From Mobula hypostoma (Eukaryota), in contig NC_086097.1 in NCBI RefSeq assembly GCF_963921235.1, positions 187,056,001 to 187,120,000 of the forward strand: a stretch of 64,000 nt of DNA, written 5' to 3'. Positions 37,752 to 49,385 of this stretch are shown here, piece after piece. The notes below the pieces were generated by a model, which ran no database searches, was not told the DNA's origin, and saw nothing but the letters and a program-made list of their open reading frames with translations. Position 1 is the first letter of the stretch, and the number at the start of each line of letters is the position of its first letter. The position numbers and the translations under genes are program-made.

Positions 37752-39400
37752 CTCGTGCTTTCTCTACATCCAAAAACGCTTCTAGTATGCGTTCTGTTCA
37801 ATTGAGCCCTCCTTGACTCACGTTCCAGGCAAACAACGTTCTTGGTTCTTCCTTCTCTCCTAAACCCATCTTTTTTTCCATGTAATATGTTAATCTATTA
37901 TTAATTATTTTCCATGGTTTTACTGTTTACGTATTGGAACTATGGTTGCTCCTTTCAATGCTTTAGGAAGTTTTCCTTTATCCCGTACATAGTTAAATAA
38001 CTTTAAAATAACTCCCCCCCCTCACTCAAATTAGATAACATAACATTACTATCTGATCCTTGGGGGGGGGAATGTTTTCTTCGCCTTTGTAAGAACACTA
38101 TTCAATTCTGTCATGGTGAATATCAGGTTTAATGTACCCCCAATATTTCCATCCATCACTATTGATTCGAAGTTCTCTAATGTTTCCTCTCTTCTCCTTT
38201 TTCTTTCATTACTCATAATGTCAGAACTGTGTATTTTAGCAGAAGTATGCACTGGCAGTTCTGCTTTCTCTGCATTCAATACTGCAGCTCTCTCTCCTTT
38301 ACACAACACTGAGCATCCAATTTCCCTGATGATCCCATTCATTCCTTTGATCATCTTCCAAACTCTTTCAATAAATATTTGTATTCATGGAATCACAAAA
38401 CTTATTCCAATATTCCTGTTCTGCCTTTTGAATTGTATTTCTTACTCTTTCTTTCATCTTTTTATACTCAATTAAGTTTTGAAAAACGTGTGTCCTCTTT
38501 AACATTCTAAATGCTTTATTATGATGTTTTATTGCTTCCCCACATTTTTTTTGTCCACTATGGTACCATCTTATTTTTCACCCAATTCCATTTCCTTGGT
38601 ATATTTATTGTTGCTGCTGTCATTATCCCTTTTACAATCCTGTCACATAAAATATCCACATCCTAATTGATTTCAATATTCTGTAATTCCTGATCGCCTA
38701 TTTCTTTACATTTGTCCCAGTCAGCTTTTTCAAATAGCCAGTGCTCCAGCATACTTTCCTGATCTGTCACTATTTCTATTCCTCGTCTAAATAACACAGG
38801 TCACTACCTATTGTTTTTTTTTTTCAAAACTTCCTTTGAACACTTTCCTGCTAAAGGTGCCGCAACTAATGTTAAATCAATTGCTGATTCAGAGCCTGCA
38901 TTGAAATTTACTTTTGTCCCAGTTCCATCATTTATATATACCAGAGTTTAGTTTTCCACAAGTTCGTCTATCACTGCTTGCATTAACTTCATCATGCTCC
39001 CCCCCAACATGCTGTGTGAATTAAAATGCCCACACTATACTCTATTTCCCTCTGTACCAATTTGCTCCAGCAAACCTATTTCTGATTTTTTACAAGGATT
39101 ATAGATATTAATGATTTTAATTGTATCTTCCATTGTCCATACTTTGGTTACCAAGTATTCTGGTTCTTCTCCTTTCTTTAGCTCTCTATAATCCCTTCCA
39201 ATAAAAGTTGCACACTCACCCACTCTTCCATTAATTTTATCATTTCTTACTTATCATAACCATTAATTTCAAACTTAGTCTTCTTGTACACATATCACAT
39301 CCAGTTTCTCAGTAAAATCCTTCACATAAGTCAAAATCCTGTTAAACTTCTAGCATTCCATTGAAGAATTAACAGGATTGGTATTAGTTACCTTGTAAAT
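37752..39400 (-). mobile_element. Degenerate I-group (Nimb-like) LINE ORF2: APE to start of RT
   Basis: IKIINIYNPCKK and tgtgggcattttaattcacac (GDFNSH-like). FTMTELNSVLTKAKKT. Ends at tttttggatgtagagaaagc (FLDVEKA-like). Confidence 0.65.
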
Positions 39401-40302
39401 AAGCCTCAAGACTTGGATCATTCCAACTCAGTACTACCTGCACTTGCTCCCATGATAACTCTCTCCTTTTCAAAAACATCACTGCAATAGTAGGTATTCA
39501 GCCCTTCATTACTGCCTCAGCATTCTGTATGATAATGATTGATCATCCTCAATAAATATCCCTCTCCTGCTTTCTTCACATATCATTTGATCCCTTTGGC
39601 CCCAAGTGCAATATCAAATTCCTTCTTAAATATATTTAATGATTTTGGTTTCAATTGCCTTCTGGGGTTGACTCTTCCACTGGTTCACTACTATGGAATA
39701 ATTCTCTTTTTATCACAGACCTAAATAGCTGACCTTTGATTGCATCCTTTGATCCTTGCTATCAGGAATATTTTTAGTGCATTTCACCTATCCTGTCCGG
39801 TCAGAATGTATTGTTTTTCTGAGATTCCCAGTGATGTTTGATATTCCTTCTCATTTTAAATAATACTGCACTTTGCACTTAGCCCACTTGCACCACTTAT
39901 GAATGTCCATTAATAAAGTAGAAGTACAAGCCAGATGATCTTGACTTTACCTGAATCAGATGGGGTGAGCTTTTGGTTGCCTACAAAGGGAGCAGTCAAT
40001 TTTCTGTGAGGTAATTGCAACTATATGAGATCCTTCTGCTGTCATCCTCTCTCCTCCCAATCAGAATATGGTTAAAGATTTGTTTTGGTGAGGATGGACT
40101 TTCTTAGTCTTCACCTACCACATCAATGCTTGGAAACTCTGGACCTTGGGATTTGACACCATGTGTGTAATTTCAGGACATAAAGCAACTTAAATGTCTG
40201 GGGAGAAAACTTTATTTAGCTTCTATTTACAGAACAAATCAGTGGTTGATAATTTAGAGAACAATTCAGCTGCAGGGATTAAAAATGCCACCCTAAATGT
40301 TA

Positions 40303-40489
40303 ACAACAGGAATTCTGCAGATGCTGGAAATTCAAGCAACATACATCAAAGTTGCTGGTGAACGCAGCAGGCCAAGCAGCATCTATAGGAAGAGGCGCAG
40401 TCGATGTTTCAGGCCTGAAACGTCGACTGCGCCTCTTCCTATAGATGCTGCTTGGCCTGCTGCGTTCACCAGCAACTTTGATGTATGTT
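40303..40489. mobile_element. PLE-derived near-perfect fold-back mini-insertion
   Basis: 76-bp arms around axis aggcct (40413/40414). 13-bp TSD accctaaatgtta at 40290-40302 and 40490-40502. Confidence 0.95.
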
Positions 40490-42460
40490 ACCCTAAATGT
40501 TAGTTGTCTCAAATATTATCCAAAATGCTGATACACTTGAACTGCTACATGTGCTTCATAAGTAACATCACAGGACTGGGAATGACTTCTGTTACTCTCT
40601 GCCGTTCTGAGAAGTAAAAAATGCTTGTATGTGAATTCATTTACTATACAGTGATATTACACTCCACAAAATGAGTGGCATTTCAATGATATTGTATTGA
40701 AGCCTGCAGATATCTAATTAAGAATTTACACTGGAGAAAAGATAACTCCTGTGGAAATAACATTCGTAACAGTGAAATACAACAACCAACAAGCCATATT
40801 GGGCTTGTATGTGGTAAGAACTGGAGGGCCAGCATTGTGGTGTCATGAGTGGCTAAGACAGCTACAGATTGATTCGAAATCCATCCATTATTTGCATACC
40901 ACATCCCCTGCAACAGTCAACTGAAAGCAAATGAAGAATGCACTGGATAATACCACAGCAGTGTTGGGGTGGCATTGGGAAACTCAAAAATATCAAGGGT
41001 AAAATAGTCTTAAATGAAAATGCAGTACCCAAGTTTTACAAGGTCCATCCAGTTCCTCATACCATCCATTATAAAGTAGCCTGTGAGTTATATCCCATGG
41101 AGGTGAAGGAATTCTTAAATGTTGAGTGGAGCACATAGATAATACCAGTGGTCCCAATAGCCAAGCAGAATTGGCCTGTCAGGATCTGTGGTGAAATTAA
41201 GGTCATCATCAAGCCAGTTCTGAAAGTAGATCAATACCCTCCTAGCAGGAAAGAGGATATCATTGCAAACCTTTCTGCTGGAAAATACTTCAGCAAAGTG
41301 GACTTAGCTGAGGTCTACCTACAGATGGGGATGTCCAAAGCGTGTCTCAACATAAATACTCAGAAAGGGTTTTATTGCTGTAATGAGCTTATTTTTGGAG
41401 TAGCATTTACACTTGCATTCTGAAAGAAAGCTGTGGACCAGGTGCTGTAAGGTTGCCCAGGCGGTTAGTATTACCTGGATGACATCATTATTACAATAAT
41501 GATGAGGAGGAACATCTCCAAAATCTCAAGACACTGTTAAAAAGGGTGGAAGATTATGGGCTCAGAACTCAACACAACAGGTGTGAAATCTTTAAACTGT
41601 AGTCACACTATTGATGCATAAGTGTGCTGAGAAAATTCAAGTAGTGGTAGGTGGCCCAATGCCAAGCAAGGTGTCACACTTCTAGTCCTTTTTAGGATTT
41701 GTTGATTACAATAACATGTTCCTGCCAAACCTATCATGGTGCACTCACAAAGGACTCAGGTGCAGAGGAACAGCAGGATCCCCAGGAAGAGATAGAAACA
41801 GCAGGTGAAACATCAGAATCCATGCCTCAGTGGAGCAACTGAGCACACTACAAGATAATTCATCCTCACTAACACTACTGAGGTGGGAGACCTCTTTAAA
41901 TAATCATTGAATCCAGGAACATGTGCCAGCTACAATTAACTTGACAAGATTAAACTGAAAACAGAAGGGCTTAGCAACTCTAGTTAAGATATTGATTAGT
42001 AAATACAGGTGCTCAAAAACCCGAGAAGCTCAACACTCTATGGCAAGCTGTAGTGCTCATGGCAGAACCTGGCTACTCTGCTCTACCTCTTAAACTCAGT
42101 ACTACAGATTGGAAAGAAATGGCAATGGACAAAGCAGTGACAGGTGGCTTTCCAAAAGGTAAAGGAGATGGTGATGTTAATCACATTGTCCAGTGAAACT
42201 CGTCTGTGATGCCACACCATGCGTATGCTTTGAGTAAAGGATGTGAACATCCCATAGCCTTTGCATCATGTTCCTGTACTGCTGCAGAGAAAATTCACAC
42301 ATAGGTTGACAGAGAGGATATGAATCTCATTTGGAGTATAAAATGTTTCAACTAGTACTTGCTGGGAGAGAGTGTACCCTTATTACTGATTGTCAATGAC
42401 TAGTGTCCAATTTCAATCTACAGGACAGCATGAACAGCAACAGCACGAATGCAGAGATGG

Positions 42461-42691
42461 AAGCAACACACATCAAAGTTGCTGGTGAACGCAGCAGGCC
42501 AGGTAGCATCTCTAGGGAGAGGTACAGTTGAAGTTTCAGGCCGAGACCCTTCTTCAGGACTAGTCCTGACAAAGGGTCTCGGCCCGAAATGTTGACTGTA
42601 CCTCTTCCTAGAGATGCTGCCTGGCCTGCTGTGTTCACCAGCAACTTTGATGTGTGTTGCTTGAATTTCCAGCGTCTGCAGAATTCCTGTT
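42461..42691. mobile_element. PLE-derived fold-back with two back-to-back hammerhead-like motifs, inserted in Gypsy RNase H
   Basis: Axis ggactagtcc (42557-42566), arms of about 100 bp. 14-bp TSD gaatgcagagatgg at 42447-42460 and 42692-42705. Confidence 0.95.
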
Positions 42692-42895
42692 GAATGCAGA
42701 GATGGGCTCTGTTTCTTCAAGGACACAATTACGGGATCAAATTCAAGAAACAACTAATCGTGGAAAAGCTGATGGATTGTCCTATTTACCCTTGGAAAAG
42801 GAAATTCCTGAAAATTTATGAAAGGGACACTCCTTTTGATGTATTCTCCCTAATGTAAATGGAAAGTCACCCTATTACAGCAGAAATGATCTGAA

Positions 42896-43737
42896 GGCAA
42901 GGCAAGTTTATTTGTATAGCACATTTCAAGCACAAGGCAATTCAATGTACTTTACATAAAAGAAGATATAAAAATCAAATTTCAGACAAGATAAAGAGAA
43001 TAAAATCACAAAATAAAGAAATAAAAATTGCAGTGCAGTAGATTCAAATAAAAAACTACAGCGAAAAGAAAAGTTTTAGGCATCGAATTAAAAGAGCTTA
43101 AAGTTGGGGCAGACTTCAGATCCTTTGGAAGGTTGTTCTAGATAAATGGAGCATAGTAACTAAAAGCTGCTTCCTGTTTTTATTTTTGAACGTGCAGGCA
43201 GTAAGCAGACACCCCCCAGACAACCTGAGAGCTTAGGAAGGCTCAGAATGCAGCAGGAGATCAAAGATGTATTTTGGCCCTAGACCATTCAGTGCTTTAT
43301 AAGCCAGTAGTAATATTTTAGTCAGTCCTCTGATAGACAGGAAGCCAGTGTAGTGATCTGAAAACTGGAGGGATATGTTCTAGGTCTCAGTGAGGACTCT
43401 AGGAGCAGTGTTCTAAATGAGCTGCAGCTGTCTGAGGGATTTCCTGTACAGTAGAGACCTTTGAAAATGGCATTACAGTAGTCAAGCCTACTAAAAATAA
43501 ATGCATCGATGAGTTTTTCTAGAGCTTGCTAAGACATAAGCCCTTTAACTCGTGCTATATTTTTAAGATGGCAGCAGGCTGACTTTGTAGATGTCTTAAT
43601 GTGGCAGTTAAAATTTAAGTCGGAGTCCATCACAACACCAAGGTTTCTGACCTGTGTTGTGGTCTGTAACGAAAGGGATTCTAAGTGAGCACTGAGTTCT
43701 AATAATTCTTTTTTGGCACCAAAAACAATTATTTCAA
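42896..43737 (-). mobile_element. L2-clade LINE 3' fragment inserted in Gypsy pol
   Basis: VRNLGVVMDSDLNFNCHIK..HLKNIARVK, followed by a FSRLDYCN-like segment. 3' end aataaacttgccttgcc. Confidence 0.85.
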
Positions 43738-44359
43738 GGGAAACTAGAAAAGACCTCACACTCTCTCAGGGGTACATGGTGACTCAAAATGGCTGGAATG
43801 TGTGGCAGAATTCCCAGTTTCCCCCATTTTTAACAGTGCTAGATGAACTTGCCCTTGATGGAGGTTGCCTGATGTGGTGATTGGGAGTTATTGTAACCAT
43901 TCAAGCTGAGAGCTAAAGTGTTGGAGGAGCTACATACCAGTCATCTAGGCATGGTCAAAATGAAAATGTTAGCTCAAAGCTTTGTCTGGTGGCCTGGGGT
44001 AGTTCAGCTAATCCAGCAGCTTGCCGTGCACTGTTCCAAACACATCCAAAAGAAAGGCATTCAGAGCTGTCAGAATCGCTTCCTTCAATTCCAGAGTCAA
44101 CTCCTACAACCACCAAGGACAAGGTGCCAGGACCTGTGATTGATTCACTGCCACAAATCTCACCTGCCAAGTAGGGTGACCTCCCCGGTCAGGAAAGACA
44201 TTATCTCACATGATTAAGAAATCTTGCAGAGCAATTAAATCTTTAGGCCTAATGGGACAATTAAAATTTACTTTGCTGTGATGAGAGAGCAATATATTAT
44301 ATATGTGAGTTGAGATGCATTTTATATTAAGTTGCAGTTAAAAGCTAAACAGGGAAGGA

Positions 44360-44598
44360 TGTTGTATATTTAATATTTCATTAATATTTGAGTGATATTG
44401 CAAGTATATTGTTTGATTAAGCATTCAATGTTTATATAATTCATTACAGGTTATATGTACAAAGTACCTGAATGGTTTATGTCATTATGCCACTATGTCA
44501 GAAGTGTGCGCCTCTTTAGGGTAAAAATTGTAAACTAAGGCACAGGTCCATGTTTTTCTTTCAATTAGTTTCATGTTTTGGAGTTACAAAACTTAACA
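44360..44598 (+). repeat. 3' LTR of the Gypsy element
   Basis: tgttg...taaca termini directly after the polypurine tract. Confidence 0.75.
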
Positions 44599-45766
44599 CT
44601 CTACATCTCTTGAATCCTTTTACCCTGAACTACCTTTCTCCATCCCCATCTTTTGCACCACTTGCTTTTATTCTCTCCATCATCCTTTCCTTACAGTTGT
44701 CCCAATACTTTTCTCTCTTTCGCTAGAGAGGGAGAAATTGGAGTGAATGTGTGAAGGGATGTGGGGCTCGGAGCATGGATGAGGTTGCTAAGAGGATTAG
44801 AACGTCATGCAAATAAACTGTGATTAAAGCCCAGACTTATTAAAAACCTTGCCCTGAAATTTGCTTGCATTATTTTGAACAGATTATTTATTCATTTATT
44901 TAAAGGTTGTAATCTTTCTAGTGCTTGCTTTCTATACATCGTGCAACTAACACAGTAGGCATTGTACTTCCAAGAAAAAAGTGAAAACGCTTCTCAATAT
45001 GGTTGTGTAGCATTCAACTTCCACTTTCTTTTCAGCTGAAGAGCTGACAAAGTGGGTAATGGGTCAATGTTCCTGAAGAGGAAGGAAGACGTTTTCAGAC
45101 ATTATGTTAGCAAGGCATTCTGCAACCTTAACTGGTTTTCTGTGGAGCATATGACTTTATTGACAGCTTCCGTTGCTATTTTTGTTTGGTTTAGCCTTAG
45201 TCCCTCTCACTTCAGCTGTACTATGTTCTTGGTGTTCTTTGATTCCTTAGTTATGCTTTTCCCTATTCTCTGTTAGATAACCTTATTTTCAGATATTCCT
45301 TTTTTTGTACTTCAAAGCTCACTGTAGTTCATCCATTACAGGTAGACAGCTTATAATTCTGTCTCTTGTGTCTTTTTTATGTCTTTGCCTTCTGACCCTT
45401 TTTTAAAATGCTTCTCAGCTCGTAAATATTTCTATTTCTGTTGAAGAGTTGCACCTAGAAGTTTAACACCTTTCTCTTGGTAGATGCTGTCTGATTTATT
45501 GAAGGATTCCAGTTGCATGAACAATTGTGTCACTAATCTAGAGAGTTCATTACAAGTGTAAGACTTCAAGGCAGAACCATGTTTTGAAATTCCAGCATCT
45601 TTAGAAATATCCAGCAGAATTAGATCCTCTCTTTAATTTCAAAATTGAGCAATGTTCAACTTTTGTTTATTTCTGTCAGTGTACCAGTAAGCCCTGATGG
45701 GGAGAAGGCACAACTTGGTGCTGTATAGTCTTGACATGGTCCAGGACATGGAATCTTAGCTCTAAT

Positions 45767-47834
45767 TGGTGGCATCCGTTCATCTCGCGAGACCATGGAT
45801 CTGCACCTGGAAAGTCTTGCTTCAGTCTACGTTAGAGCAGCGTCTGTTGTGGCTGTAGAGTCCAACACAGGAGTGACAGTCTTGAAGGCGCTGTCCTCCA
45901 GTGTTGTCTTGGTGCTGTTTTTCCAACGAGTGCGCTTTTCTTCAGCAGCAAGCCTCAGCTTCTCTTCTCCTTTTAGACCTCTGCGTAGTTCTAGCCTCCA
46001 GTGAGAGCAATCGCTTGCGATGTCCTCCCACCTCTTGATGTTCATTTTCAGTGACTTCATGTCTCTCTTGCAAACGTCTTTGCAATGAAGATGGGGCTGC
46101 CCTTGTGCCCTCTTGCTGGAGGCCAGTTCCCCGTACAGCAGGTCTTTCGGGATCCTCCCATCTGACATGAGGTGTACATGGCCCAGCCAGTGGAGACGGC
46201 GTTGTTGGAGCAGGGTGAAGAGGCTGGGTATCTGGGCGTGGGCCTGGACCTCATTGTTGGTGACTCGGTCAGTCCACGTGATGTCCAGGATGCGTCTCAG
46301 GCTGCGAAGGTGGAAGGCGTTGAGACGCCGCTCTTGTCTGGAGTAAAGGCTCCAGGTCTCACTGCCGTAAAGCAGTGTGCTGAGGATGCAGGCCCTGTAG
46401 ACTGCAACTTTGGTGTGCATCATCAGCTTTCTGTTCTCCCAGACTCTCTTTGTCAGCCTGGCGAATGTTAAGGCTGCTCATCCAATCCATCTATTGATTT
46501 CAGGGTCTAGGAAGAGGCTGTCTGTGATGGTGGAGCCAAGGTATGTAAACTCGTGAACTACCTCCAGCTCGTAGTTGTTGAAGGTAATGGCAGGGGGGTG
46601 CTCAACGCCTTGGCCCAACATGTTGGTTTTCTTCTGGCTGATGGTCAAGCTGAAGTCCTGGCAGGCTCTTGAGAAGCTGTCCATGAGGCGTTGCAGTTGC
46701 TCTTCAAAGTGTGTTGCCAGTACCGCATCATCTGCCTGATGAGTCCCTGATGAGTACTTCACGAACCTTGGTTTTTGCCCTCAGCCGTGACAGACTGAAC
46801 AGCCTCCCCTCCGATCTGGTGTGGAGGTAGACACCATCAGTTGATGTTCCAAAGACGTGCTTCAGCATGACTGCGAAGAAGATGCCAAACAGGGTGGGGG
46901 CAAGCACACATCCCGCTTCACACCTCTGCAGATGTTGAAGGCCTCTGAAGAAGAGCCGTCGAACTGAACGACGCCCTTCATGTCTGTGTGGAATGACTGA
47001 ACTATCCTGAGGAGCCTCGGGGGACGAACAATCCTGGCGAGGATTTTGAACAGGCCATCTCTGCTCACAAGGTCAAAGGCCTTCGTAAAGTCAATGAAAG
47101 CGACGTAGAGTGGTTGTCTTTGCTCTCTGCATTTCTCTTGTAGCTGTTGAAGGGAGAAGATCATATCGATTGTGGAGTGTTCTGACCTGAATCTGCACTG
47201 AGACTCGGGATATACCCTTTCGGCTATTTTCTGCAAGAAACAAGGCCCAGGAAACAGCCAGACGCTGTACCAATGACTACTGGCTACAACTATGCGAAAG
47301 CATTCAGTTATCATTTGACACAGGCAACATCCGTGGAGTGTACAAGGGGATCAAGAAAGCCATTGGGCCAACCCAGAGCAAAACGGCACTGTTGAAAACC
47401 ATAACAGGCAAGACCATCAATGACAAAGGCAAGCAGATGGAGACATGAGCATTACCCTGAACTCTTCTGCAGAGAAAACAGCATCTCAGACAGCGCGCTA
47501 GATGCCGTGAAATGCCTGCCTATCATGGAGGAACTTGATGCATTGCCGACTGCCGAAGAGCTGAGTAAAGCCATCGACAGCCTGCCCACTGGAAGGCACC
47601 AGGATTGGATGGCATTCCACAAGAGGCCATCAAATGTGCAAAGGGCATCCTGCTAAACCACGTGCATGAACTACTGTGCCAGCGCTGGACAGAGGGAGCA
47701 GTGCCGCAAGACATGAGAGACTGCAACATTGTCACCTTATATAAGAACAAAGGGGACAGAAGTGACTGTAACAGCTACAGTGGAATCTCCTTGCTGAGCA
47801 TCATTGGGAAGGTCTTTGCCCACGTGGTCCTGAA
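45767..47834 (-). mobile_element. RTE-clade LINE with inverted 5' segment
   Basis: Minus 45827-47236: PESQCRFR, FIDFTKAFDLV, ADD, LLYGSETW, RIPKDLLYGEL. Plus ~47237-47834: KNKGDRSDCNSYSGISLL. 10-bp TSD tagctctaat at 45757-45766 and 47835-47844. Confidence 0.92.
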
Positions 47835-48000
47835 TAGCTCTAATAAGAGCAGCAGATTTGACTATCATGTTTCACAACCAGTTGTGATACTTTTTTGATA
47901 CTTTAGTCATTCATATGTTATACATAATTGATGAGGAGAATATACCCAAAGTAACAAAACTGGTTTTCCTATTCCTTAACTGCTGTTGATGGATCTGATG

Positions 48001-48135
48001 TATATTCAGTGGCCACTTAATTAGGTACACCTGCTTGTAAATGCAAATATATAATCAGCCAACCATGTGGCAGCAATTCAATATATAGAACCATGAAATG
48101 ATTGTTGGTGCCAGATGGGGTGGTTTGAGTACTAT
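48001..48135 (+). mobile_element. Tc1/mariner-type transposon terminal fragment
   Basis: ta-(t)attcagtggccacttaattaggtacacc resembles a Tc1-like TIR common in fishes. I saw no second TIR. Confidence 0.55.
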
Positions 48136-48369
48136 CAACTTATTTAAAAAGTGGTTCCTTTATTTCTTGTATTATTCAACACTATATCTCAAATATTGTT
48201 TACACCCATTTTTCATGATTCATTCTGAGGTTATTTGGACTCAAGCTATGTTAAAGTTGCTGAGAGGGTTAAGTTGATAAATACAAGATATTGTCTTTTT
48301 TCTTCTTCAGTGTCAAAGAATTTAAAACTATTTTCTTTTCTCTCGCCAAAGTGAAAGGTGTTAATGATC

Positions 48370-49385
48370 AACATGAGAAAGCCTGTAGGTGCTGGAATCC
48401 AAAGCAACACACAAAAATGCTGGAGGAGCTCAGCAGATCAGGCAGCATCTTTGGAAATGAACGAACAGTCAATGTTTTGGACTGAGACTGTTTGCACATT
48501 TCTGTAGATGCTGCCTGATTTGCTGACTTCCTCCAGCATCTTTTTGTCTGTTTCTGCAGATGGTAATGACCACTGCTTTGCATCATTAAACAAATGTAAC
48601 CTGGCTCTGGCCTTGTCATTTTGTGCAGCATTGCGATTTCCACCTCGGGACACATACAGATTTTCTTGTAAGTACCCATTGCTAGATTCTTCTGAGATGA
48701 TTGTGGGGCTTCTGTGATTCTGAAAAGTTGGTTACCTCCCTCTATTATTCAGAGGGAGAGGGAGATCATCAGTTCGTCAAACTCCAGTCTTTTCCCAAAT
48801 TGTTTGCTACACAACTTCACAATCTCCACTAAACCACTGAAAAGGTGCAATGCCCTCTCACTGCTGGTCCTCATATTCAGCTCAGTCCCATCCTCCACCA
48901 AGCCAGTTATCACCATGCACCAACTCTTCTCTCATTCCGCCTCAAAATCATACGCTGGATTTATTCAATCCCTCCTGATATCAAATACCAGTGTTTGGTC
49001 TACATGGTATGCAACCATTTTAATTCCTAACTCTACTTCCATTCTGGGATGTCAGTCCATGGCCTCATCTTTTGGCATGATGAGGCCACCCTCAGGCTGG
49101 AGGAGCAACATTCATACTCTGTCTCAGTAGCCGCTAATCTGATGTCATGAACAATTTCTTCTTCCCAGTAATTTTTTTCCCTTGCCCTCCCATCTTCTAT
49201 TCCCCACTCTAGCCTCTCAGCTCTTCTTCTCACTTGCCTATCACCTCCGACTGGTGTCCCTCCTTCTTCCCTGCCTCCTGTGATCCACTCTCCTTTACTA
49301 TCAGAAACCACCTTCTCCAGTCCTTTACCTTCTCCACCTACCTGGCTGACCTGCTGAGTTCCTCCAGAATATTTGTGTGTTGCAC
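48370..49385 (+). mobile_element. Old PLE remnants: fold-back (~48370-48562) and GIY-YIG 3' end plus terminal repeat (~48730-49385)
   Basis: gaggccaccctcaggctggaggagcaaca (EATLRLEEQ) is homologous to 61950-61980. Confidence 0.75.

Larger units (their letters stand above)
40560..44598 (+). mobile_element. Decayed Ty3/Gypsy LTR retrotransposon (gag-pol remnants, PPT, 3' LTR)
   Basis: VRICGEIK..KVDQYP..YFSKVDL (RT), tacctggatgacatc (YLDDI), ARMQRWALFL (RNase H) and ELHTSHLGMVKMK..VWWPG (integrase Zn-finger). PPT aaacagggaagga precedes 44360. Confidence 0.85.

Noticed and set aside
40303..40489. Fold-backs as DNA-transposon MITEs, pre-miRNAs or CRISPR-like repeats
   Set aside because: The arms match the PLE terminus, TSD lengths vary (11-14 bp), and there is no repeat-spacer array. 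The context is eukaryotic.
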